Source: Mobula hypostoma
Lineage: Eukaryota
DNA: 64,000 bases
Assembly: GCF_963921235.1 (NCBI RefSeq)
Contig: NC_086108.1
Location: 57,786,001 to 57,850,000 of the forward strand
Direction of reading: 5' to 3'
A program made the translations under genes and the position numbers. Every line of letters starts with the position of its first letter. Position 1 is the stretch's first letter. The notes beneath the pieces are model-generated. The model did no database searches and was not told where the DNA came from. It worked only from the letters and a program-made list of their open reading frames with translations. Of the stretch, positions 39,133-53,134 are shown in pieces.

Positions 39133-39699
39133 ATGTCATTTAACATGACACCAGCAGTGCTTTATGGCATTAGAGATTCCCATTGATGGCTACAGGAGTG
39201 TCAGTGTTTCCCCCTGGCTGTGGAGTACAAAGATAATTGCATTTCTACTTTCACTTTTCCCTAACATTCATGCTGTGATCTATACTGGTCTAATGTTGAA
39301 TGCTGGGTTAAGAGAAGCACATACTCTGAAGATTCCTGTGCTCCCTGCCTCTGTCTGCCCCATAGAATGGCACCCAAATTACCATTATGGGCCATTTGGA
39401 GATGCGTACCACCTCCTGTACTGTTTAACTCAGGAAACCTTCAGGCTCCATCGTGCTGTGCAGTGACTGCAGCGTCATCGCATTCAACAACCTTGTGCAT
39501 CTGGGAGTACATCTTTTACCTATTCATTTCCGGGAAGCTGCTTCACAGGCTTGGGCAGCATTTCTTGCCAATTTCTAAATAGTGGTGAGCTACATCCTTG
39601 AGTTTGTGGTGAGGGTGTTCCTCAAAGCTGTTAAATAAGGATGTAGGGCTGATGAAAGCAAGGTGTGCACCTTTTAGAAAATAATTCAAGCTCCTGGCA

Positions 39700-42600
39700 T
39701 GTCAGTCCATGGCCTTCTCTAAGGCCACACTCAGGTGGAGGACCAATACATAATTCTGTCTAGGTAGCTTCCAACCAGGTGGCATGAATATCAATTTCTT
39801 GAACTTCTGGTAATTGCGCCCCCCCCCCCCTTCACAATTCCCAATTTCTGTTTCCCTCTTTCACTGCATCTCCCTACCTGTTCATCACCTCTCTCTGGTG
39901 CTCCTTCTCCTTTCCTTTCTTCCATAGAACCATAGAAAATAGGTGCAGGAGTAGCCCATTTGGCCCTTCGAGCCTGCACCGCCATTCAGTATGATCATGG
40001 CTGATCATCCAACTCAGAACCCTGTACTTGCCTTCTCTCCATACACCCTGATCCCTTTAGCCACAAGGGCCATATCTAACTCCCTCTTAAATATAGCCAA
40101 TGAACTGGCCTCAACTGTTTCCTGTGGCAGAGAATTCCACAGATTCACCACTCTCTGTGTGAAGAAGTTTTTCCTAATCTCAGTCCTAAAAGGCTTCCCC
40201 TTTATCCTCCAACTGTGACCCCTCGTTCTGGACTTCCCCAACATCGGGAACAATCTTCCTGCATCTAGCCTGTCCAACCCCTTTAGAATTTTATACATTT
40301 CAATAAGATCCCCCCTCAATCTTCTAAATTCCAGTGAGTATAAGCCTAGTCGATCCAGTCTTTTATCATACGAAAGTCCTGCCATCCCAGGAATCAATCT
40401 GGTGAACCTTCTTTGTACTCCCTCTATGGCAAGAATGTCTTTCCTCAGATTAGGGGACCAAAACTGCACACAATACTCCAGGTGTGGTTTCACCAAGGCC
40501 TGGTACAACTGCAGTAGAACCTCCCTGCTTCTGTACTCGAATCCTCTCGCTATAAATGCCAGCATACCATTCGCCTTTTTCACCACCTGCTGTACCTGCA
40601 TGCCCATTTTCAATGACTGGTGTACAATGACACCCAGGTCTCGTTGCACCTCCCCTTTTCCTAATCGGCCACCATTCAGATAATAATCTGTTTTTCTGTT
40701 TTTGCCACCAAAGTGGATAACCTCACATTTATCCAAATTAAATTGCATCTGCCATGAATTTGCCCACTCACCTAACCTATCCAAGTCACCCTGCATCCTC
40801 TGAGCATCCTCCTCACAGCTAACACTGCCGCCCAGCTTCGTGTCCTCCGCAAACTTGGAGATGCTGCGTTTAATTCCCTCGTCTAAGTCATTAATATATA
40901 TTGTAAACAACTGGGGTTCCAGCACTGAGCCTTGCAGTACCCCACTGGTCACTGCCTGCCATTCCGAAAAGGTCCCGTTTATTCCCACTCTTTACTTCCT
41001 GTCTGCCAACCAATTCTCTATCCACATCAATACCTTACCCCCAATACCGTGTGCTTTAAGTTTGTACACTAATCTCCTGTGTGGGACCTTGTCAAAAGCC
41101 TTTTGAAAATCCAAATATACCACATCCACTGGTTCTCCCCTATCCACTCTACTAGTTACCTCCTCAAAAAATTCTATGAGATTCGTCAGACATGATTTTC
41201 CTTTCACAAACCCATGCTGTCTTTGTCCGATGATTTCACTGCTTTCCAAATGTGCTGTTATCACATCTTTGATAACTGACTCTAGCATCTTCCCCACCAC
41301 CGATATTAGGCTAACCGGTCTATAATTCCCCGGTTTCTCTCTCTCTCCTTTTTTAAAAAGCGGGGTTACATTAGCCACCCTCCAATCCTCAGGAACTAGT
41401 CCAGAATCTGAAGAGTTTTGAAAAAATATCACTAATGCAGCCACTATTTCTTGGGCTACTTCCTTAAGCACTCTAGGATGCAGACCATCTGGCCCTGGGG
41501 ATTTATCTGCCTTTAATCCCTTCAATTTACCTAACACCACTTCCCTACTAACATGTATTTCCCTCAGTTCCTCCATCTCACTAGACCCTCTGTCCCCTAC
41601 TGATTTCCAGAAGATTATTTATGTCCTCCTTAGTGAAGACAGAACCAAAGTAGTTATTCAATTGGTCTGCCATGTCCTTGTTCCCCATAATCAATTCACC
41701 TGTTTCTGTCTGTAAGGGACCTACATTTGTCTTAACCAATCCTTTTCTTTTCACATATCTTTAAAAGCTTTTATAGTCAGTTTTCATGTTCCCTGTCAGT
41801 TTTCTCTCATAATCTTTTTTCCCCTTTCTAATTAAGTCCTTTGTCCTCCTCTGCTGGACTCTGAATTTCTCCCAGTCCTCAGGTGAGCCACTTTTTCTGG
41901 CTAATTTGTATGTTTCTTCTTTGGAATTGATACTATCCCTAATTTCCCTTGTCAGCCATGGGTGCACGACCTTCCCTGATTTATTCTTTTGCCAGGCTGG
42001 GATGAACAACTTGTAGTTCATCCATGCGATCTTTAAATGCTTGCCATTGCATATCCACTGTCAACCCTTTAAATATCATTTGCCAGTCTATCCTAGCTAA
42101 TTCACGTATCATACCCCTTCAAAGTTACCCTTCTTTAAGTTCAGAACCTTTGTTTCTGAATTAATTATGTCACTCTCCATCTTAATGAAGAATTCCACCG
42201 TATTATGGTCACTCTTACCCAAGGGGCCTCTCACGACAAGATTGCTAGTTAACCCTTCCTCGTTGCTCAATACCCAGTCTAGAATGGCCTGCTCTGTAGT
42301 TGATTCCTCGACACGTTGGTTCAAAAAAACCATCCTGCATATGTTCCAAGAAATCCTCTTCCTCAGCACCCTTACCAATTTGGTTCACCCAATCTATATG
42401 TAGATTGAAGTCACCCATTATAACTGCTGTTCCTTTATTACACGCATTTCTAATTTCCTGTTTAATGCCATCCCCAACCTCACTACTACTGTTAGGTGGC
42501 CTGTACACAACTCCCACCAGCGTTTTCTGCCCCTTAGTGTTATGCAGCTCTACCCATATCGATTCCACATCCTCCCAGCTAATGTCCTTCCTTTCTATAG

Positions 42601-42995
42601 CATTAATCTCCTCTCTGACCAGCAATGCTACCCCATCTCCTTTTCTTTCATGTCTATCCCTCCTGAATATTGAATATCCCTGAATGGTCTTCTATCCTCT
42701 CCTATCAGATTCCCCCTTCTTCAGTCCTGTCTGTATCTCTTTCACCAATCAACTTCCCAGCACTTAACTTCACACCCCCCCCTCCCGGTTTCACCTACCA
42801 CCTTGTATTTCTTCCTCCCCTCCCCCCACCTCCTTATTCTGACTTCTCTTTCTTTCCCGTCCTGATGAAGGGTCTCAGTCCAAAACATTGATTGTTTATT
42901 AATTTCCATAGATGCTGCCTGGCTTGTTGAGTTCTTCCAGCATTTTGTGTGTGTGTTGCTTTGGATTTCCAGCATCTGCAGATTTTCTCATGTTG
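39700..42995 (+). mobile_element. Penelope 3' fragment (39700-39925 and 42683-42995) split by a CR1
   Basis: ccaaccaggtggcatgaatatc GIY-YIG end. Tail resumes after 42683 with cctgatgaagggtctc. Confidence 0.75.
39926..42682 (-). mobile_element. Relatively young CR1 LINE: most of ORF2 (APE C-terminal part plus RT), few disruptions
   Basis: VYRPP, MGDFN, SDHN (APE). KSPGPDG, NYRPVSL, DFQKAFD, QGSVL (RT). (catagaac)n tail. Confidence 0.93.
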
Positions 42996-44354
42996 GAAAA
43001 TAATCTGTAGGCCTTGTTGACCCTAGTACTAGCTCTCTTTGTCCTTCTCAGATGCAGGTTTGGAACTTTTTGCTGGGAAACCTTGGTGTGATGGTGATGA
43101 ATGAAATGAAGGCTTATGGGTTTATTTACTCTTACAGTAGTAAAGGCTGGGCTTCATATTTATTCTCTGAAGACCACTTGGCAATAAAACTAGAATAGAT
43201 TCCTTAACTAATTATAGTCCTTATTTGAAGTAAGTTACACATTTGGGAATTTGATTTTAATAATGCATCCTGCAACATAATGAAAGCCTTTAGCATGAGA
43301 AATAATATTGTCTGTTTCCCGTGAAGCTAAAAATGATGTGAAAGGAAATTTGTTACAATTTTTCCTCCAAATTGCTCTCTCTCTTTAGTCACACAGTATG
43401 TATTATAAACCACTTTGTTATCACCAGACAATGAAAGTCATCCATTTTAGGCATAGTTTGTTGCTATTAAGCTTTTGACAGAGATTCGATGCCGCAGCAC
43501 CCTAAATGGAGATGGCTTTTCTTGTGATTCACTATGAATTATTTCTGAGAGACTTTAGGATTTAAGACAATTTGATTTTTATTTTGGAAAATTTCATAGG
43601 GAAGTATTTTGTGAAGAATCACAGACTAATCTGAAGGGTGTAATGACTTTATTGGGATTAAAGTCATAGATACGAATAATCAGGAAAAGTAAACAAATTG
43701 TAAATGGAACACTAATTCAAAACTATATGGGTAACATGGCACTGCAGTGTAATGAATAAGAAAAAGAATCACCAAAGATACTTATTTTGAATTCCATATA
43801 TTTAGCAAAGAGTTATCAAAACTAGATTAGAGGGTAAAAAGATGAAGCTTCTCCATCCTCTACATCCTCTACTTAGTTGTAGTAAGAGAGACAAAAAAGT
43901 TGACTGCTTTAACAAATGGAAAGATGACAAAATCTTGATAGTTTTGCTGTTATAAGGAATTTTTCAGCCCCCCTCCCCATTTTCGATTGCATCTGCAGTT
44001 CACCTAAATGTAAGAAAGATGTAAAGCCGGAAATATGCTATAGAAACATAAAATATGAAAACATTCAACAGGTCAGACAGCAGCTGTGTGGACAAAACCA
44101 GAGTTAATATTTCAGTTCAGCTTTTGTTGAAGTTGGAAAACATAGCAGGTAATACTTACGGATAAAGGCAAGGCCAATGGGGAGATGAAAAGAAAGTAAA
44201 AGGAAAGTTCCTAACTTCCTCTCAGCCAGTGAGGGAATAGAGAAGAATTTAAACGCAAACAACAGGAATTCTGCAGATGCTGGAAATTCAAGCAACATAC
44301 ATCAAAGTTGCTGGTGAACGCAGCAGGCCAAGCAGCATCTGTAGGAAGAGGCGC

Positions 44355-44390
44355 AGTCGACGTTTCAGGCCGAGACCCTTCGTCAGGACT
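44355..44390 (-). ncRNA. Minimal hammerhead ribozyme motif
   Basis: Reverse complement reads AGTCCTGACGAAGGGTCTCGGCCTGAAACGTCGACT. Confidence 0.72.
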
Positions 44391-46347
44391 AACTGAAGGA
44401 AGAGTGAGTAAGGGATTTGAAAGCTGGAGGGGGAGGGGGAGATGCAAAATGATAGGAGAAGACAGGAGGGGGAGGGATAGAGCCGAGAGCTGGACAGGTG
44501 ATTGGCAAAAGGGGATACGAGAGGATCATGGGACATGAGGTCCGGGAAGAAAGACAAGGGGGGGGGACCCAGAGGATGGGCAAGAGGTATATTCAGAGGG
44601 ACAGAGGGAGAAAAAGGAGAGTGAGAGAAAGAATGTGTGCATAAAAATGAGTAACAGATGGGGTACGAGGGGGAGGTGGGGTACGAGGGGGAGGTGGGGC
44701 CTTAGCGGAAGTTAGAGAAGTCGATGTTCATGCCATCAGGTTGGAGGCTACCCAGATGGAATATAAGGTGTTGTTCCTCCAACCTGAGTGTGGCTTCATC
44801 TTTACAGTAGAGGAGGCCGTGGATAGACATGTCAGAATGGGAATGGGATGTGGAATTAAAATGTGTGGCCACTGGGAGATCCTGCTTTCTCTGGCGGACA
44901 GAGCGTAGATGTTCAGCAAAGCGGTCTCCCAGTCTGCGTCGGGTCTCACCAATATATAAAAGGCCACATCGGGAGCACCGGACGCAGTATATCACCCCAG
45001 TCGACTCACAGGTGAAGTGATGCCTCACCTGGAAGGACTGTTTGGGGCCCTGAATGGTGGTAAGGGAGGAAGTATAAGGGCATGTGTAGCACTTGTTCCG
45101 CTTACACGGATAAGTGCCAGGAGGGAGATCAGTGGGGAGGGATGGGGGGGACGAATGGACAAGGGAGTTGTGTAGGGAGCGATCCCTGCAGAATGCAGAG
45201 AGAGGGAGGGAGGGAAAGATGTGCTTAGTGGTGGGATCCCGTTGGAGGTGGCGGAAGTTACGGAGAATAATATGTTGGACCTGGAGGCTGGTGGGGTGGT
45301 AGGTGAGGACCAGGGGAACCCTATTCCTAGTGGGGTGGTGGGAGGATGGAGTGAGAGCAGATGTACGTGAAATGGGGGAGATGCGTTTAAGAGCAGAGTT
45401 GATAGTGGAGGAAGGGAAGCCCCTTTCTTTCATTTTTTAAATGACCCCACCAGCCTCCGGGTCCAACATATTATTCTCCGTAACTTCCGCCACCTCCAAC
45501 GGGATTCCACCACTGAGCACATCTTTCACTCTCCCCCCCTGCATTCCGCAGGGATCGCTCCCTACACAACTCCCTTGTCCATTCGTCCCCCCCATCCCTC
45601 CCCACTGATCTCCCTCCTGGCACTTATCCGTGTAAGCGGAACAAGTGCTACACATGCCCTTACACTTCCTCCCTTACCACCATTCAGGGCCCCAAACAGT
45701 CCTTCCAGGTGAGGCATCACTTAACCTGTGAGTCGACTGGGGTGATATACTGCGTCCGGTGCTCCCGATGTGGCCTTTTATATATTGGTGAGACCCGACG
45801 CAGACTGGGAGACCACTTTGCTGAACATCTACGCTCTGTCCGCCAGAGAAAGCAGGATCTCCCAGTGGCCACACATTTTAATTCCACATCCCATTCCCAT
45901 TCTGACATGTCTATCCACGGCCTCCTCTACTGTAAAGATGAAGCCACACTCAGGTTGGAGGAACAACACCTTATATTCCGTCTGGGTAGCCTCCAACCTG
46001 ATGGCATGAACATCGACTTCTCTAACTTCCGCTAGGCCCCACCTCCCCCTCGTACCCCACCTCCCCCTCGTACCCCATCTGTTACTCATTTTTATGCACA
46101 CATTCTTTCTCTCACTCTCCTTTTTCTCCCTCTGTCCCTCTGAATATACCTCTTGCCCATCCTCTGGGTCACCCCCCCCCTTGTCTTTCTTCCCGGACCT
46201 CCTGTCCCATGATCCTCTCGTATCCCCTTTTGCCTATCACCTGTCCAGCTCTCGGCTCTATCCCTCCCCCTCCTGTCTTCTCCTATCATTTTGCATCTCC
46301 CCCTCCCCCTCCAGCTTTCAAATCCCTTACTCACTCTTCCTTCAGTT

Positions 46348-46383
46348 AGTCCTGACGAAGGGTCTCGGCCTGAAACGTCGACT
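46348..46383 (+). ncRNA. Minimal hammerhead ribozyme motif
   Basis: AGTCCTGACGAAGGGTCTCGGCCTGAAACGTCGACT. Confidence 0.72.
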
Positions 46384-49017
46384 GCGCCTCTTCCTATAGA
46401 TGCTGCTTGGGCTGCTGCGTTCACCAGCAACTTTGATGTATGTTGCAGAGAAGAATTTAATGTGTTTTTTTTTAAAAAGGAGTAATTTTGGACTAAATGA
46501 ATGGGATTCACATTAACTTGGGTGCTTGGATTCAGCATTTGCATGTCCACAGAAGGCAGAGAGTACTGGTTGATGGGTCTTACTCTGGCTGGAGGTATGT
46601 AACTAGTGACTTCTGCAGGGATCTGTACTTTGGGGGCCTCTGCTGTTTATGAGGGTATGTAAGTCAGTTGTGTAAAATGTAGATGGACGGGTCAGTAGGT
46701 TTGCAGATGATGCAAAGGTTGGTGATGTTATGAATAATGTAGGAATAAGGATACAGTAGGGCATACATCAATTGCAAATGTGGGAGGAGAAATGGCAGGT
46801 AGAGTTCAATTTGAATGAGTGTAAGGTGTTGCACTTTGAGATATCATAAGACCATAAGATATAGGGGCAGAATTAAGCCACTTGGCCCATCGAGTCTGTT
46901 CCACCATTTCATCATGGCTGATCCTTTATTCCACTCAGCCCCAATCTCCTGCTTTCTCCGCATATCCCTTCATGCCTGGACCAGTCAAGAACTTACCAAC
47001 ATTTGGCTTAAGTATTCATAAAGATTCAGCTGCTTGTGGCAAGGAATTCCACAGATTCAACACTCTTGGCTAAAGAAATTCCTCCTCATTTCTGTTCTAA
47101 AAGGATGCCCCTCTATTCTGAGGCTGTGTCCTCTGGTCCTGGACTCTCTTAACATTGTAAACATTCTCTCCACATTTACTTTATCAAGATCTTTCACTAT
47201 TCAAACTGTTTAATTCTGAAATCAATTTTGTGAGTCTCCTTTGAACTTTCTCCAATGTCAGTACATCCTTTCTAAGATAAGGGGCCCAAAACTGCTCACA
47301 ATACTCCAAGTGAGGCCTCTCTGGTGCTTTATAAAGCCTCAACATTCCATCCTTGCTTTGATATTCCAGTCCCCTCAAAATCAATGCTAACATTGCATTT
47401 GCCTTCCTCACCATAGACTCAGCCTGCAAATAAACCTTTAGGAAATCCTGCACAAGCTCTCTCAAGTCCCTTTGTGCCTCACGTTTTTGAATCTTCTCTC
47501 CATTTAGAAAATAGTCCACCCTTTTATTTCTTCTACCAAAGTGCATGAACATACACTTCCCAACACTGTATTCCATCTGCCACTTCTTTGCCCTTTCTCC
47601 TAATCTGTCTGCTTTCTGTAGCCACTCTGCTTCCTCAAAACTACCTGCCTCTCCACCTATCTTCATATCATCTGCAGATTTTGGAACAAACCAGCGGATT
47701 TTGGAACAAACCCATCAATTCCATCATACATATAACGTAAAAATAATCAGTCCCAACACAGACCCCTGTGAAACACTGCTAGTCACCGGCAGCCAACCAA
47801 ATAAGGCTCCCTTTATTCGCACTCTTTGCCTCCTGCCAAACAGCTGCTGCGTTATCCATGCTAGAATCTTTCCTGCAATACCATGGGCTCCTAACTTGTT
47901 AAGCAGCCTCATATGTAGCATCTTGTCAAAGGCCTCCTGAAAGTCCAAGTATACAACATCAACTGATTCTCCTTTGTCTATCCTGCTTGTTATTTTTTCA
48001 AAGAAATCAAACAAATTTGTCAGGTAGGAATTTCCCTAATGGAAAACGTGCTGACAATGGCCCATTTTATCATGTTCCTCCAAGTACCCAGAAGCCACAT
48101 CCTTAAAAATTGACTCCAATGTTTTCCCAACCTCTGAAGTAAGACTATCTGGCCTATAATTTCCTTTCTTCTGCCTCTCTTCCCTTGAAGAGTGGAGTGA
48201 CATTTGCAAAATTCCAATCTTCTGGAACCATTCCAGAATCTCATGATTCTTGAAAGATCATCACTAATGCCTCCACGATTTCTTCAGCCACCTCTTTCAG
48301 AATCATGGGGTGTATTCCATCTGATCCTGGTGATTTATCTACCTTCAGACCTTTCGGCTTCCCATGAAAGCTTCTCCCTAGTAATGGCAACTTCACACAC
48401 CTGACTACTTGATACTCTGGAACTTCCACCGTACTTCTGGTGTCTTCCACAGTGAAGACTAATGCAAAATACCTATTCAGTCCTTCCGCCATTTCATGTC
48501 CCCCATTAATACAGTACCTTTCAAGTGTTGTTATTCAGCAGGGTGATGTCCACTCTCGCCTCTCTTTTACACTTTATGTACCTGGAAAAACTTTAGGTAT
48601 CCTCTTTAATATCATTGACTAGCTTACTTTTATATTCCATCTTTTCTTTCTTAATTACTTCTTTTGTTACCTTCTGTTGATTTTTAAAACCTTCCCAATC
48701 TTCTAACTTCCCATTAATTTTTGGTCTATTATATGCTCCCTCTTTGGCTTTTATGTTTATCGTTGACTTCTCTTGTCAGCTACAGTTATGTCACCTTGCT
48801 TTTGGAATACTTTTTCTTTGGAATGTATATATTCTGTGCCTTCCGAATTGCTTCCAGAACTTCCAGCCATTACTGTTCTGCCGTCATCCCTGCCAGTGTT
48901 CTTTTCCAATCAATTTGGGCCAACTGCTCTCTCATGCCTCTGTAATTACCTTTGCTCCACTCTAATACTGATACAACTAACTTTAGCCTCTCCTTCTCAA
49001 ATTTCAGGGTGAATTCG

Positions 49018-50636
49018 AGTGGCATGCAAAAGTTTGGGCAGCCTGGTCAAAATTTCTGTTACTGTGAATAGCTAAGCGAGTAAAAGATGAACTGATTTCC
49101 AAAAGGTATAATGTTAAAGATGACACATTTCTTTAATATTTTAAGCAAGATTATTTTTTTATTTCCATCTTTCACAGTTTCAAAATAACAAAAGGAAAAG
49201 GGCCTGAAGCAAAAGTTTGGGCACCCTGCATGGTCAGTACTTAGTAATACCCCCTGTGACAAGTATCACAGCTTCTGAACGCTTTCTATAGCCAGCTAAG
49301 ATTCATTCAATTCTTGTTTTGGGGATCTTCGCCCATTCTTCCTTGCAAAAGGCTTCTTGTTCTGTGAGATTCTTGGGCCGTCTTGCATACACTGCTCTTT
49401 TGAGGTCTATCCACAGATTCTCGATGATGTTTAGGTCGGGGGACTATGAGGGCCGTGGCAAAACCTTCAGCTTGTGCCTCTTGAGATAGTCCATTGTGGA
49501 TTTTGAGGTGTGTTTAGGATCATTATCGTGTTGTAGAAGCCATCCTCTTTTCATCTTCAGCTTTTTTACAGACGGTGTGACGTTTGCTTCCAGAATTTGC
49601 TGGTAATTAATTGAATTAATTCTTCCCTCTACCAGTGAGATGTTCCCCCGTGCCACTGGCTGCAACACAAGCCCAAAGCATGATCGATCCACCCCCGTGC
49701 TTAACAGTTGGGGAGGTGCTCCTTTCATGAAATTCAGCACCCTTTTCTCTCCAAACATACCTTTGCTGATTGCTGCTAAAAAGTTCTATTTTAACTTCAT
49801 CAGTCCACAGGACTTGTTTCCAAAATGCATCGGGCTTGTTTAGATGTTCCTTTGCAAACTTCTGATGCTGAATTTTGTGGTGAGGACGCAGGAAAGGTTT
49901 TCTTCTGATGACTCTTTCACGAAGATCATATTTGTGCAGGTGTCGCTGCACAGTAGAACAGTGCACCACCACTCCAGAGTCTGCTAAATCTTCTTGAAGG
50001 TCTTTTACAGTCAAACTGGGGTTTTGATTTGCCTTTCTAACAATCCTATGAGCAGTTCTCTTGGAAAGTTTTCTTGGTCTTCCAGACCTCAACTTGACCT
50101 CCACTGTTCCTGTTAACTGCCGTTTATAATTACATTATGAACTGAGGAAACGGCTACCTGAAAATGCTTTGCTATCTTCTTATAGCCGTCTCCTTCTTTG
50201 TAGGCATCATTTATTTTAAGTTTCAGAGTGTTAGGCAGCTGTTTAGAGGAGCCCATGGCTGCTGATTGTTGGGACAAGGTTTGAGGAGTCAGGGTATTTA
50301 TAAAGCTTTGAAATTTACATCACCTGGCCTTTCCTAACAATGACTGTGAACAAGCCATAGCCCTAACAAGCTAATTAAAGTCTGAGACCTTGGTAAAAGT
50401 TATTTGAGCGCTCAAATCTCTTGGGGTGTCCAAACTTTTGCATGGAGCTCCTTTCCTTTTTTTCCACTCTAGAATTGTACAAAACAAAAATTATACACTA
50501 ATCTTGCTTAAAATGTTGAAAAAAATGTTTCATCTTTAACTTTATGACTTTTGGAGATCAGTTCATCTTCTACTCACTTAACTATTCACAGTAACAGGAA
50601 TTTTGATTGGGGTGCCGAAACTTTTGCATGCTACTG
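49018..50636 (-). mobile_element. Tc1/mariner DNA transposon with about 210-bp IR/DR terminal inverted repeats
   Basis: TIR agtggcatgcaaaagtttgggca... / ...tgccgaaacttttgcatgctactg followed by TA. Inner direct repeat gcaaaagtttgggcaccc at about 49209. Confidence 0.93.
49234..50256 (-). pseudogene. Tc1 transposase (DD34E), frameshifted with an internal stop
   Basis: [34 protein letters not shown]. 34 residues between the second D and E. About 340 codons from ATG to stop. Confidence 0.9.
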
Positions 50637-53134
50637 TATATTATGATAACTTAACCCCTAAGGGTTCTCTTACCTTAAGCTCTCTAATCAATTCTGGTTC
50701 ATTGCACAACACCCAATCTAAAATATCTGATCCTCTCATGGGCTCAACCATGAGCTGCTCTAAAAAGCTATCTCACAGGCTCTCTAAAAATTCCCCCTCC
50801 TGAACTCCAGCACCAATCTGATTTTCCCAATCTATCGGCATATTGAAATCCCCCATGAAATACAGTTAATGGCCAGGACCTTTAACAGTACTGATATAGA
50901 GACGGATCTTGGAGTCTAAGTCATAACCCCCTGAAAGTGGGCAAGCAAGTCACTTTCATATATGTTATAACAAAATATGTATGACAAGCTTACCTTTATT
51001 AGTCAAGGCATTGAGTTCAATAATCAGGAAGTTATAGCGTAACTTTATAAAACTCTCTTCAGCTGCTTCTAGGATCTTGCATTCACCTGTTATAGGAAGT
51101 GTTTGGAAGCTATGGACAGGGTGCAGCAGAAGTTTATCAGGTTGCTGTCTCGATTAGAAGGAACGTGCTATAAGAAGAGGTTAGAAAAACTTTGCTTGTT
51201 TTCTTTGGAGTGGATGCTGAGAGGAGACCTGATAGAAGTTTATATTAAAAGAAAAGTTAGAGCCACTACCAGAGACTATGCATTTGAGGTGAGGTTTGGG
51301 GTGGGAAGGATTTCAAAGGTGATGTGCAGGGCAACACATACAAAATACTGGAGGAACTCAGCAGGCCTGGCAGCATCTATGGAAAAAAGTGCAGTCGACG
51401 TTTCGGGGGGAAACCCTTCAGCAGGACTGGAGAAAAAAAGCAGGGCAAGATATTCATAATGTGGTGGCTGCCTGGAATATGTTGTTGGGGGTGGTGGTAG
51501 ATGCAGATACAGTAAAGGTGTTCGATATGCACATGCATATGCAGGCCATGTGAATGCAGAAAGGATTCGGTGTCATGAGTTTAATTAATTTACCACAACA
51601 CTGGGTTGAAAGGCCTCTTCCTATGCTGTACTCTTTCTGAAAATATACTGAATTTTATTTATTTCTGTTTATTTTATGGGATGTGGAGTTAGCCAGGCCA
51701 ATATTAATTATCAGTCCCCAGCTCCCCTTGAGCATATGGCGAGATATTGCCTTATGATGCAACTACTGCAGCTAAAGATATTCTCACTATATGTTGAGCA
51801 CAGCCTTAGTGTTTAGGCTCAGCGTCAGTACGGGAATGATAGTATGTGACTTGGAGGAAAACCTGATGTGTTACTGTTTTCATTTATGAGGTGTTAAGAA
51901 CAAGGAGAATTAACAAGATATGAAGGCCCACAAGTGCAATCAATGAAACTGTGAGAGGTATAAAACAATAATCAATAATCCTAATGGAATGATGGCTTTT
52001 ATCGCAAAGTGTTCTTCATGAGGTAACTATCTGGGGTATTGAATCAAAGTTTTACTACCTTTTAGAAGGCAATACTGTTCAAATTTAGAAAAATGATACT
52101 GGGGCTAAGTAACTAAATTAAAAGAATAAATTGTCTAAGTTTAGACTGGAATTTAGAGGATTGACTGGCAATGTAATAATTTTTTTCGTAAATAATAAAG
52201 GATTGGTAATGTGGAAACGTTTAATGGATGTAGCAGTATTTTACCATGCATACAAATAATGAAAGGGTTGAATTTTTGAAGGACTGGAGCTATTTTCAGG
52301 TGGATAAACCTGGTGCAAATGTCAAATATTACCATCTTGAAAAAAAAAACAAAGCAGAAACTGATTAATTTGAATTTTGTTGATTTATTGTTACAACTAA
52401 ATTTGAAGTAAACCTGATGTTTGCTGTCCTAATTCACAAGTACCTTTCCCCCATCAACCTTGTACTCATTAACTTATCTTAGTTTGTGATTAAATAATAC
52501 CTAAATATTAAATTTTTTATCTTTATTTTCAAGCACTTCCATGATTTATTTCTGCATCTCATCCAGTTCTACTACTGTTTTCGTTTTCTGTAGTTCTAGC
52601 CTCTTGATCATGCCATACTTTACTATTATTTTAATTGCTGAAGGTTGATGAATGCACTCACTTCTGAATTGCTGGCAAATAAAGGAGTTTTTTTCCACCT
52701 AAATATCACAACTGTTTTACCTCTTTTTCCTCCTTTAAAATATTTCTTGAAAAATAACTCTCATACCAAACTATTCACTAGAATATATATATTGGTGTCA
52801 CATTTTGTTTGATAATGGCCATATGAATGTTTTTGATAAATTAGTGCTTCACAAGTATGAATTGTTGTTGAGATGCTGTGAACACAGATAAGTGGATCTA
52901 AGGTACAGATCTGATCTGATATGAGGGAATTGATAGGACTGTTTCTGTAAAAATTAGATAGTTGTACATGCTATGTTAGAATTTTGCTGATAAAGACCAG
53001 AATAAGTGCCTGGGGAAAAATATAATCTTTTTTTTTTGTTGAATCATTCAAAAGAAATGATCTGCAATTGTAATTATTTTCATAATATATAATGTCTTTC
53101 TGCGTATCTAAATGTGGAGCCTGATCGATTCCAG

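Larger units (their letters stand above)
44253..46446. mobile_element. Penelope inverted doublet (minus arm 44253-45433, plus arm 45444-46446), 14-bp TSD
   Basis: GIY-YIG ORFs 44702..45433(-) and 45709..46035(+). AGAGAAGAATTTAA at 44239-44252 and 46447-46460. Confidence 0.95.
46845..50858 (-). mobile_element. CR1 LINE (RT plus part of APE), interrupted by Tc1
   Basis: ORFs 47184..47666, 47724..48014 and 48241..48492 (KSPGSDG). (cataagac)n tail. Resumes at about 50639. Confidence 0.88.
46515..51640 (+). mobile_element. Old CR1 (46515-46840 and 50860-51640) interrupted by a younger minus-strand CR1, a Tc1 and a Penelope tail (51330-51440)
   Basis: tttgcagatgat (FADD) and aaatggcag..ttcaat before the insert. 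ORF 51103.. RVQQKFIRL..FSLE..LRGDLIE after it. Confidence 0.75.
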
